A stretch of 64,000 nt of DNA from Takakia lepidozioides (taxonomy: Eukaryota; Plantae; Bryophyta). This document shows positions 36,295 to 47,284 of the stretch, in pieces. Within the stretch, counting starts at the first letter, position 1; each line of letters opens with the position of its first letter. The stretch spans positions 67,642,001 through 67,706,000 of the forward strand of contig CM060733.1 in NCBI GenBank assembly GCA_030704615.1, written 5' to 3'. The position numbers and the translations under genes were made by a program. Under the pieces are notes generated by a model. It was not told the DNA's origin and did no database searches. It saw only the letters and a list, made by a program, of their open reading frames with translations.

Positions 36295-38340
36295 AAATTT
36301 AAATAACTCTTTGTACATTTTAATTCTCTTCCTAAATATATAAAGGAATTTTTTTTTGCAGTTGAGGTCGCCTCGCCCCTATGCTTCTAAATGACACCAC
36401 CTTTGCAACCACCTCTATCCCAAAACCGGAAATGCGGTGCCGCATTTCCATCTCGGAACGAAAAAAACAGGAATGCGGCACCGCATTTCCATAAGCGGCA
36501 TTGTAAAATTTTCCATTTCCTGTGGCGGACATCGCAAATCGCAGGGCTGAACGGAAATGCGGTGCCACATTTCCATTTTAGACATGGAAATTTGTCCATT
36601 TCCTTCCCCTTGCAATGCATTCCCTTGCGAGGAACGGAAATGTGGTGCCGCAGAGAGAAGACTCCGGCCGTAGCCGAGTAACAAAGAGCCACTTCACCTT
36701 GCGGCTACTGTCCCCTTTCGGGGGTGGGCCCTATAAAAGGAAAGGTGTCATGTAGGACACCAGGTAACCGAGGAGAGAGAGAGAGAGAGGGGGGGGGGGG
36801 GGGGGGGGGGACTGCTATGAACCCCCTGGGTTCCCTAGGGGACCCAGGGTGCACTAGAAGGGCTAGCTTCGAGTTGGCGTTTGTTGGTGATAATGGTTGT
36901 AAGGGAACGGAGTGCTGTAAGGTGGATTGCTTTGAAACATTCATGGAGTGGGAGGATGGGTATTTTGAAGTTATCATGTAAATCATTGATACTGGCATTG
37001 TGTATGCCGCCTCGGGTTCTGGCAGTGACGACTATGAGTGGGCCAGTCTTCCATCCATGTCGACGAATTGCAAGAATGAGTGGGGCGTATTTTTGTCACT
37101 TTTCTAAGATTGAATCGTTGGGGTATCAATCGTGGCAGAATGTAAACTCAATAAAGTGGATGATGAACTGTGGGGATGGTGAGGTAGGTGGTGAGGCATT
37201 AATGGGTAGTCCCTGGATAATGAGTATGTCCGGGCATAGCCGGGCGGGGCATGAGCAAGGTGCTCGGGTGCATGTGCATGGTAAAAGCAATGGTGGCACA
37301 GTGTGGTCTGGTGGCCTCCCCTGGAAGGTATCGGCATTAATGAGTGTGAGCCATCGGGTTTCGGCGCGTTTTGTGAATAGTTTGTGGAGATGCCAGACTG
37401 CTTGGTTGTGTCGAGTGATATGAAGACCATGGATGACCGGATGCGTGCATTGATCAGGAGGTGCGGCCAGGTATCATGTGCATTGTGGGTTGTGGAGCAT
37501 AGCGGGCAGTAAGGTGATGGAAAAAGATGTGGCCAGAAAATGTCTTTGCGTTGGTGACCCATGTATTGGGCGAATCTGAATTTGAGTGTCTGAATTTGAG
37601 CGTCAGTGGTAGCTTTGGTTTGCCAGAAGTGGTTGGAGAGTTTGTGGTGTAGAACTTCGGATTGGGTCCATTTTTTAATATGTACTTTGGTATGATTGAT
37701 AGAGGTTGCGGCTTGTTTGTTTGCTTCACGGGTGAGGGTGGCCAAGAGATTGCGTATGGATCGTGGTGCCGTAGGGTCCGAAACTGGGTATATAAACCAG
37801 AAAGGGTGGGTGTGGGCGATGTGAATAGGGTCGTCGGTGGGGTTAGCTTTGGGTTTGGTGGCACCAAGTTGAGCGAGGAGGTCGGCCTCCTCATTCCCTT
37901 GAATGCTAGTGTGCGAGCGTACTTTAAGTAGGTGGACTGGGTGATTTTTAGAAACGACAGCATTGACAATGGCTGAAATAAGGTTACGGTCAGGATGATG
38001 GTGGTGGGAGGAGGGGCGAGCGATGTGGTTGCGGATGAGGAATAAGGAGGTAAGGCTGTCGGTGAGGATGAAGTATGGGGGGGGGGGGTGTCAAGTAGGA
38101 GGAGAGCGTCGTAGATGGCCATAAGCTCGGCCCTGAGAATGGTTGCAGGGCCAGGGAGACTGAGGGCAACCCCTCTCTCTGTTCCTACGTGGTAGATACC
38201 GTAGCCTGCATTAGATTCTGGCATTTCCGTTGTGGAGACTGGAATGCAGCGCCGCATTTCCGTTGTGACCTGCACAACGGAGTTGAAGCTACCGGACATA
38301 AATGCATGGGAACAAATGAAATGCGGTGCCGCATTTTCCA
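35992..38340. repeat. Cluster of 22-bp palindromes GGAAATGCGG(C/T)(G/A)CCGCATTTCC, split by the LINE insertion
   Basis: Copies at ~35992, 36428, 36470, 36553, 36636 (interrupted), 38241 and 38318. Confidence 0.8.
36653..38220 (-). mobile_element. 5'-truncated Dualen/RandI-like non-LTR retrotransposon: RNase H, CCHC finger, restriction-like endonuclease, structured 3' UTR
   Basis: RNase H (GYGIY..TILRAELMAI, ILTDSLTSL, KVRSHTSIQGNEEAD), CPLC..DTWPHLL, RHNQAV, LCPDILII, FIEFT, K..KY; short (TC)n tail; 3-bp GCA duplication. Confidence 0.85.
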
Positions 38341-38620
38341 ACTTGGGCATGTACATCTTTCCATTTCTGCAAAGACGCATTTCCTCGACCTGATGACTCT
38401 GATATCGCTCTTCTGGTGATTGATGTGGGAGAGACATTGTACAAATGACACCACAAATTCTAAACAGTGGGCCAAAAGAGCAGTGCATAGAATACAATGA
38501 AACTGAATATGCATAGTACACAGAAGTGAGGGCACGATGGGTTGCTTTATTGATCAAACATGGCGTTTCACATTAAGCAAGTCCAAACAAATCTAAACCC
38601 TTCCGCCTTCTACATGGGCG

Positions 38621-39110
38621 TCACCACGTCGATGGAACTTCGATAGCCCTCAAAACAAGCTCATTAGTGACGCGACACCTCCACGTAAACTGCATTGCGG
38701 TCGTTCTGGTGCCCTTGGTGGAGCTGACGACAATGTCATGCCCATCAATGATACCACCATCATACATTGACAGGGTCACTGTGGGCCTCATGTGCCCATG
38801 CAATTCGTCCTCGCAACTCAGGCGAATGTCTCCATACACTGGAAAAGCGGACTGAACTCCACGAATAAAGTTTTCCCCGGTGCAGTCCTCCCTGGTCCAT
38901 TGGCAGCACTTCCAGCGCCAAAGCATGGCCGTGCGTGATCTGTCCGGCTTCCCATTTCAGCTGGGTATATCGAGGTCAACGATTTGCAGCACCTACGAAC
39001 CGTCTGGCTCTCTGTTTTCACTGACGCTTCTGGAGTCAAGTGGGAGTCATTGCGCGCAATGGAGTATTTGGAGGACTATTGATATCTCATGATTTGGGTT
39101 TGAACATCGC
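38621..39110 (-). pseudogene. Unrecognised Trp/Cys-rich family member with in-frame stops
   Basis: VLQIVDLDIPS*NGKPDRSRTAMLWRWKCCQWT..PVYGDIRL; clear paralogue of 39585-40154. Confidence 0.65.
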
Positions 39111-39584
39111 ATAATCGTGGCCATGATAAGGGCAGTCAGCAGGATTGCGGCGGCACGTCATCCTTGCAAAAGAGCAGCGGAGGACGCTGAATGACAGCAG
39201 CTTCTAGATGGAGGAGGCAGCAGCGTGGAGGCAGGAAGTTGTGCAAGGAGATGACAATGAGTTTGCAAACGCTGCAATTCGTGACTTATACTCCAGGGCA
39301 GATTTAAATTTCCCCCCTTACAAGAACTTGCACGGATAAAGATTGGCGGCTCCATGAATGTAGCCGTTTCAGTTTCCATCCGTGCCATGCAAATTATGGG
39401 CCGTAAGTCTCACCCGGTTTGCCAGGTGGGCCTATCGCCCCTCGAAACGACTTCATCCAACTCCCCTTGGATGTAAATGCGGCACCGAATTTCCATCCGG
39501 GGGGATGACTTCGGTGCCAGGTGGCAGACGGTTCCCCGTGGATGAGAATGAGTAAGCGGCACCGCAGGATGAACACGTTACAGG

Positions 39585-40154
39585 ATGACAAGCGGGCAGG
39601 TGGGACCCAGTGCCTCTATTATCGGAGCCGACAGTGCTCTTCCACTTGTCATCAGGGGGAATTCAAAGGGCTTCGTTGATGTCTGCAAGGTCATTGTCAT
39701 CGACAACACACACGTCCTTCGGGCCTTCTTTGTAAGGATGTCATGCTTCCGGAACCACGACGACTGCCCTTATGGAGGCTTGGATTATGCAATGTATACG
39801 GCCACATCGGGAGACATCGTTATCTGGTACACAGTTTCCACAGAAGATTGTGGGGCGAAGGTGGAAACATTGTCAGCTTTTGAGTATATGTCAAGCCACT
39901 ACGCCTTCGAGTGGTGTGACGATGGCGGTCTCCGGAGTCCGTGGCTCCTGCACATCCTTGATTCCGATTTTTCGAGCTACGGCGGGCAGCCGGACAGAAA
40001 ATGCACTGCAATGCTATGGCGGTGGAACTGCTGCCAGTGGACCTGGGAGAACTCCATCGGGGAGACGTATACTCCTGAACGAGTGCGCTCCTCTTCTCCA
40101 TTGTATGGGGACATTCGCATTGGTTTTGTTGTAAAACACATGGACCAACAATGA
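39585..40154 (+). CDS. Hypothetical protein of the unrecognised Trp/Cys-rich family, divergently oriented from its paralogue
   Basis: 189-aa ORF containing PWLLHILDSDFSSYGGQPDRKCTAMLWRWNCCQWT..PLYGDIRI; protein-level similarity to two other loci. Confidence 0.55.
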   Translation: MTSGQVGPSASIIGADSALPLVIRGNSKGFVDVCKVIVIDNTHVLRAFFVRMSCFRNHDDCPYGGLDYAMYTATSGDIVIWYTVSTEDCGAKVETLSAFEYMSSHYAFEWCDDGGLRSPWLLHILDSDFSSYGGQPDRKCTAMLWRWNCCQWTWENSIGETYTPERVRSSSPLYGDIRIGFVVKHMDQQ

Positions 40155-41159
40155 CAGTCTCTGGAATGACATATAGTACAGTAATGACATATAGTACAGC
40201 ATGCCGCTTCCAGTTGACCATCTACCCATGTAGGTTTCTTGTACCTATCCTTCCACAGGGAATCATAGGTAATGTGGAGCTTGAAATCCAGCCCTCTTGG
40301 ATGAATGTGGACCCACACTCTATCCCTGCTCCTTCAGCTATCCATGCCTCTGACAACCTATAATTCTACCAGCAAACACCCCAACCATACTGATGTGGAA
40401 CTCTTCCCCAAAACACCCCAACCCTACTTATCACAATCTGAAATGCATCTGCTTCTCTCTGTAGTCCAACAGGCATTCGCCTTTTTGTCTCCATTGTCCC
40501 ACCATTGGGGTCGGAAAGTGTTCACCCCAAAGCTTCTCCTCACCTCTATTATATGTTTTTGGATACTTCCCTGCTGCCACACTGGCAGTAACTTGCCAAA
40601 GTCACTCCAAACCACCACAAATGTACCCAACGACCTAACTTACAGAATTCAATATGCATCTTGCGGCCGAGTCTGATGAGAGGGCAACACAGGCTGAAAT
40701 AGGTTGAAGAAGAAGGTGCCCTACCACATTGTCATTGACCTGTCCTGACCCATGAAGGATTTGACCGATGACCTCTTGTGTGTGCTGCTTGTGTCTGTAG
40801 TCAGGTAATGTCGGATTGGTCTGTCAGATCGAACCACTACGGCGTAGATGAGTAGTCAGAGATTGAAACACGCTTGCTAAGACCAAGCTGACTCTCCCAA
40901 GAATGGCGAGCTCGCTTGTCCTCGTCTCGTCTCCTCCTCCTCTTCTCCTTCGTGCATCATTTGCTCAACGCCTCCATCCCACGCCCCTGCATATCCTGCT
41001 ATCATCGCGTTCCATCCCTCAGCTATGTGGTGTGGCGCAGGAGACAAAAAGACGCCAAGTCCCAACCCTCCTTTCTGTTCACGATTACACTAATGGGCAA
41101 CCTTATTAGCAATTTTTTTAACTTTTTAAAACCTAATGGGCAACCTTATTTGCATTATA

Positions 41160-41487
41160 TGTGCCTTCAAAATGACACGTGTAGTGATGTAGTCGTATAA
41201 ATAGAGCTCTGAAACCATCTTCAGTCATGGAGTCATAAGATTCCATGAAACGTCGTCCACGTGTAATCAAACATATCACACTAGTCATATAAACCATCCC
41301 TGTCATCATGGTCAACAATGTTTGACCAATGCTCCCTAACTTTCCGGAGTCATGTAGTGATATCCATTACCACAAAGTCATAAAACTAAAACTGTAATGC
41401 ATTTCAGCGCTCTGTAGTCATGTACCTAGTGCAGTTTTTATGACTCCGCCAAACCCGTAGTCCTAAAAACGCTCATCTCTTGTAGTG
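41160..41487 (+). mobile_element. Right terminus of a CACTA element
   Basis: Reverse strand reads CACTACAAGAGATGAGCG; subterminal AGTCAT/GTAGTC repeats. Confidence 0.7.
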
Positions 41488-41864
41488 TATGTTGACTCCC
41501 CCCTCCGCACCCTCTCCTTGCTCTTTCGTTGGGGAATGCATGTGTTTCGCCCTCTTCTTCTTCTTCTTCTTCGTGTGGGCGGGGCCCCCTGCCTGTGCAA
41601 TGATTTCATCCATGGGCGGATTCCCTTGCTGTTTCCGTCGCCCTATACCTGCCATGCCGACTGTTGCAGCCTGCGTACCAACAAACAAATCCGGGGGAAT
41701 TCCTATTCGAGCATACTCCCGCTCCAGGGCCTCGCGTCCACCCACAAAATGAACAACTCAGAGATTAGGTGTGCCCTGCCGGCCCCACTTTGGAGACCCG
41801 AAAAATCCGAACCCCAGAGTCGAGTGACTGCAGCCGTGGGCAGAAACCTTGCTTCCGTTGAGTT

Positions 41865-42130
41865 CACTAGTAGGAATCGCTGATTTTCGCACCCGACTCG
41901 CGGTTGCAATCCTGTCCGAAACGACTGCACCTGCGACTCAAGGTTCTGAATGACGACTTGTCAGTTGTCGCAGTTGTTTTTATGCCACGCTGGCATAAAG
42001 GATGGAGTATACAAGTCACCCAGTCGACTGCGGGTTTCACGCCGATTTATAGGCCGATTTCCAAAATGAAGGGAAAAAAATATTTTTTATATTATGAAAA
42101 TTTGGAGTTGTTTTAACGACTGCTAGTTGG
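41865..42130 (+). mobile_element. CACTA terminus (CACTAGTAGGAATCG) with CGACT subterminal repeats
   Basis: Matches the terminus at 24757. Confidence 0.65.
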
Positions 42131-42284
42131 ACCCCCCGGGGACATTTTTATTAATTGTAACCCATATGACACTATTTCTTAATTAGAACTAGGGTAGCCT
42201 GTGCCGTTGGCCCAAATGTCCAGTGTCATCTAAGTCCAAGTGCAATCCCCTATGTATAAAAGTACGTCTTATATGTCAAGGCCC

Positions 42285-42461
42285 TGGACAACCAGCATGT
42301 AGCCCAGTGGTAATGGGTACATACCACGTTGGATGTGGTTGTGGGTTCAAACCACGGTCTGGTGTGTCATGAAGGTGTCCACTTTTCAGCTGGAAGGCAG
42401 TAGCCCTGTGGTGAAGTGACACCATAAGTTACGCTCCCTTCGGGAGATGTCATGCTTTTCT
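42285..42461 (+). mobile_element. tRNA-derived SINE, copy 4
   Basis: A and B boxes, 3' module, TSD TGTCAAGGCCC/TGTCGAGGCCC. Confidence 0.9.
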
Positions 42462-43272
42462 TGTCGAGGCCCAAATGCAACCTCTAGGGTAGCCTTTGCC
42501 GTTTGCCCAAGTATCCAATGTCATCTGAGTAAGTTTTTTTCCACAGAGCCTACGACCAGATTTGAACCAGAGACCTTTCCCTTGATATCTCTCTTGTCGA
42601 GGCTCCAACCATTGTCCCAGGAATGCCCACTTTGCCTTTTGCTATTTTTTGTGAATTTCCACCAAAAGTACTTGGAATTCCACATCTCTCGCATCACAGG
42701 TCCAAAAATCATGAGACCAAGCCCGTGCACCCCTCCTCGTCAAGGGCTTTCCAAGGGTACCAAGCACCAGGGTTGGGGCCTTGCGGTTTGGGACATCTCA
42801 ACGTGACAAAACAAAATAAACTGGCTTCTTTCTAGGGTAGCCTATGCCGTTGGCCCAAGTGTCCTCTGTCATCTAAGCCCAAGTGCAATCTCCTATGTAT
42901 CCAAGTGTGTCTCCTATGTATCCAATGGCATCTCCCATGTGCGTCTCCCATGTAGAGGCCCATCTAAGCCTAGTGTACAATCTCCTATGTATCCAAGTAC
43001 GTCTCCCATGTCAAGGCCCAATTAATTTTTTTCCATGAATTTATTGAGTAGTAATATATCCTATCATTATTGATATATCTCTCGTCTCTAGGGTACCATG
43101 TGCCGTTGGCCCAAGTGTTCAGTGTCATCTAAGCCCAAATGTAAGATCTTCTACGTATCCCAGCGCGTCCTCTCTGTCGAGGCCCAAGTGCGACCTCTAG
43201 GGTAGCATGTGCCTTTGGCCCATGTGTGTGAAAAATTGAAATCTAAGACCAAGTACAATTTCCTATCTATCC

Positions 43273-43331
43273 CAGTGACACCATAAGTTACGCTCCCTTC
43301 GGGAGGCGTCATATTTTATTTATTTTATTTT
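43273..43331 (+). mobile_element. 5'-truncated SINE, copy 5 (3' module and T-rich tail only)
   Basis: AGTGACACCATAAGTTACGCTCCCTTCGGGAGGCGTC plus T-rich tail; probable TSD TCTATCC. Confidence 0.8.
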
Positions 43332-44541
43332 TCTATCCAAGTGTGTCTCCTATGTTGAGGCCCAAGTGCGACCTCTAGTGTAGCCTACGCCTTTGGCCTA
43401 TGTGTGAAGAATTGAAACCTAAGACCAAGTGCAATTTCCTATGTATGCTAGTGCGTCTCCTATGTCAAGGCCCATTTAAGCCCAAGTGCAATCTTCTATT
43501 CATGTATCCAAGTGCATCTCTCTGTAGAGGCCCAAGTGTCCAGTGTCATCTAAGCCCAAGTGCAATCTCCTATGTATCCAAGTTCGTCTCCCATGTTAAG
43601 GCCCAAATTTTTTTTTAATGAATTTATTTAATAATATATCCAATCATTATTGATATTTGTCGTGTCGAGTTGTCCAAAAGAACCCACTTTGTTATTTTTC
43701 CCGAATTTCTGGGTAGCCTATGCCGTTGGCCCAAGTGTCCAATGTCATCTAAGTCCAAGTGCATCAATATATGAAGCAAGCCATATCTAATCATTTTTTT
43801 TTCCACAGAGCCTACGACCAGATTTGAACCGGAGATCTTTCCCTTGATATCTCTCCCCTCGAGGCTCCAACTATTGTCCCAGGAACACCCCACTTTGCCA
43901 TGTTTGCTATTTTTTGTGAATTTCCAACTACCAAAAGTACTTAGAATTCCACATCTCCCACACCGCAAGTCCAAAAGTCATGAGACCAAGCCCGTGCACC
44001 CCTCCTCCTCGAGGGCTTTCCAACGGTACCAAGCACGAGCGCTGGGCCTCGCGGTTTGGGACATCTCAACGCTACAAAACAAAACAAACGTCTCGATTCG
44101 TATATTGATGACACGTGTCAAATTTCGATAGAGTAAATCGCACTCCCTTATCCTTATCCCCTGTTGACATTAAAGAGGGGTCGAGGAAGTGAGAATGGCC
44201 GTTTCACAGACCTGCCAGTGCGAGGCACTAGTCTCGCGATGGCAGACAGCTCCACGATTAGATATTGAAACGAGCATGGGTGCAGACCGTCGCAACCCCG
44301 ATTTCCCAGATCGCGTGTACTTGGAGATGTGACAAGCACGGACTGTTGCGCGTCAATGCTCATATCGGTTCATCGCGCGTGTTCCTCCCATTCTTGAAGA
44401 GACTTCATGAATGCTGAAAGTTGAAAGCACTGATGGAAGACATGACTTAGCTACCGTTGGCTCTGAATTCCAGAAGAAAAGTGTGCGGAGGAATTTACAC
44501 GGGGGCATTGCTGAGATTGTTGTGGAGAAGTTTGGAGAGAG

Positions 44542-46715
44542 ATGGCGAGCAGGAATGGGCCTACACAGACGCCACCGCCATGCTCTGGAGCTGTGTCTCT
44601 AGGGTACACATTTGCATCCACTTCGGAACAGAACACATCGTGGGCAGAGCAACAGCAAGCGGCAATTATGGCCTTGGCTCATGCAGCAGCGGAGAGACCT
44701 ATGCCGACTCATCTTGGGGGAGAGGCAACTAGAAGGCTGCAAGATCAATATACGAGCACATATTCTCCGGATCCCTCACAGCAGGCTACCTTGGCAACTG
44801 ACCTCGTTGAGCTCAACAGCCAGCATAAGTGGCACACGGATGTAGAACTGCCATGAAGTCAGAGACAGAAGAGAAGTACCGCCAGTATGTCACCACAATA
44901 ATAGGACATCTCTAGACCTGTGAGATTCTGGTTCATCTGGATGGCACACTGGGTAGGTTCGATGATATGCAAGCCCAGCATCATGCCGGAGCCACCAAAA
45001 CAAGAATGCTGCATGATGCTTGCGAGCGATTGGTGATGGAGAAGGAGAGGCTGATCGAGTTTGCTGATGCCGTCCGGAGCAAGCTCAACTATTTTGATGA
45101 ACTTGAAAATATAGCGACGCAGTTTTATGCGGCAACTATGGGTGTTGGGAGTGGCCATTTCCTCCCATTGTTGAAGAGACTTGATGAATGCATCCACAGT
45201 ATGCAGATTCCAGTGTCTATCTTGTCAAGTTCAAACATACTCAATCGCGCGCACTGGCCATGGTGCGGACACATGTACTCACAGTTCTGAAGCATGCATC
45301 AGCTCAGGTCCAGGCGGCTGTCAGAAAGTTTGAGGTGGAAACAGCAGAATCTCCATCGCGGAAGGGTCAGACACGTCTGTACTCTATGTGTGCAAGTGCG
45401 CAAGTGAGCCGAAAGCACTGATGGAAGAGATCGAGAGCAGAGCCTCGCGGAAGGAGTACAGTCAAGTTCTGACAGATTGTTATTCATTGTATCGTGAGCA
45501 GCGTCTTGGTTTGGTACAAGGGGTGGTGTCGCAGCGGATTGGTGATTATGGAAAGGAGGAGCCATTGGCTGCGTTGACCAGATCGGGCTGTGCTTACCTA
45601 ATGCAGGTATGCCAGTTAGAGCATCAACTGTTTGATCACTTCTGCCCAGTCTCATCTTCTGATCCCTCTAACCTGGCCCCACTTGTTGACCCCCTGTGTA
45701 CGGTGCTCTATGACACTCTACGACAACGGTTTATCCATGAGGCAGACTTAGATTGACTTTGTGAGGTTGTAGATATTCTGAAATCAGAGGTGCTTGATGA
45801 GCATTTGGGGAGGCGGCGAGAATCGGTGGCACGGGTGCATCAGACTACCTTACGAACCCTTGCGGATGTACAAGAAAGGCTTACATGGACAGCCCAGACA
45901 CACGTGCGGGATGAGATTGCCAACTACCTGCCATCAGCTATGGATCTTGACTTTCCAGCTAAACTGGAGCAAAGTGCTGCATCAGCCTCTGGGAATGAGG
46001 AGGAGGGTAGAGATTTGTATGCAACCTGGTGGCTATCTTTGGAGAAAACTTTATCGGCTCTCTCCAAGCTGTACCGCTGTCTGGAGCCTGCAATTTTTAC
46101 TGGTCTTGCACAGGATACTATTGGTATGTGTTCTGCATCCATTCAACTTGCGAGCAAATTGATAGAGAGGCGATCTTCTCAAATGGATGGACAGTTTTTT
46201 CTCATCAAGCTTTTGCTGATACTCCGGCAACAGATCGCACCCTTTGACATAGATTTTTCTGTAACACACAAGGAGCTAGATTTCACACAGTTGCTGGAGC
46301 ATTTGCACCGCATATTGAGAGGTCGGTCGTCATTATGGAGCAGTCAGTCCCTGGCTCGCACCTTTTCACCCCGTGTTTTGGACTATCAAATAAATGCAAA
46401 GAAAGAGCTTGAAAAGAGCTTAAAGATGACATGTGAACAATTCATCATGTCCATAACCAAGCTTGCAGTTGAACCTATGCTTTCTTTCATCACCAAGGTC
46501 ACAGGAGGATAAATGGCAAAGTGGAACTGACCAGCAGATGTGGAGGCACCAAACGGCCTGAAAGAACAAGCCTGTGCGACGCCTGACATGGTTGCTGAGA
46601 TGGTGGGCAAGGACGCCGAAACTCGTAAGCAACAATTGCCAAGTTTCATGGTGTCCAAGCAGGAATTTGCATTGCAAAATCTGGCTGCTCGTTCCATTTT
46701 ATTTAGGCCCATCAG
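44542..46715 (+). pseudogene. COG3: Processed pseudogene of conserved oligomeric Golgi complex subunit 3 (Sec34)
   Basis: [117 protein letters not shown]; no introns; several frameshifts and stops. Confidence 0.93.
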
Positions 46716-47284
46716 CCTCATGCAGATTTCTGATCTGCAAATTACTCACTCGATGGCCTTTGTTAAAATCAGCCCAGGGTGTGAGTGGGTCTTGTTAGAG
46801 TGGAATTCAAAGTGAGGCTTGGGTTTGGAAACATTGGAATACTTAGTTCCATGCCAGTACCATATGCTTACTTGAGTGTGGGGTACTGGTACTTCTGCTG
46901 ATTTCAGCAACCAACCCCTGTAATGGAACAAGTTATCACTCATTTGTTTGTTTCCCTGCAACATGATACCCTCCTAAGATTTGCTTTGCTAAGAAATTGT
47001 TGGGTTTGTTTTCTTTCCCAAGTTTTGACGGGATCACTGTGCTTCTATTGAGACTTTATATGTACATGTGCTATTTCTTCCTTGCTTGATTACATTAGAT
47101 ATTTTAAATTCCACACCAACGGAGTCTAATCCCTGACTATCCATTTCTTGCTTCAGTAAGCCCCACCACCGGAGTGAGCCCCTCACATTTCATGCATGAG
47201 GCTTATGTTTAATGCAAACATTGGACTACCTTGTTCCATGCCGAAACCTTATACTTAGTTGAGTGTGTGCTACTGGTACTTCTG

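Larger units (their letters stand above)
42189..44232 (+). repeat. Modular tandemly repeated non-coding element (possible non-autonomous Helitron)
   Basis: Repeated CTAGGGTAGCCTATGCCGTTGGCCCAAGTGTCC..CATCTAAGCCCAAGTGCAATC blocks; ~280-bp duplication 42540-42815/43800-44085; ends in a short hairpin plus CTAG|T at 44228-44232. Confidence 0.5.

Noticed and set aside
36660-36731. Hammerhead, HDV-like, twister or hairpin ribozyme
   Set aside because: No CUGANGA/GAAA core or other complete known catalytic consensus could be matched by eye; kept as an unclassified structured RNA
35992-38340. GGTGCC/GGCACC core variants as a second flip-flop system
   Set aside because: Single CpG deamination of GGCGCC on either strand explains them, and intact GGCGCC copies of the same core are common in the window
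37454-38557. 367-aa ORF as a host gene
   Set aside because: It is a chimera of flanking palindrome DNA and the LINE RNase H, going out of frame after a poly-C run
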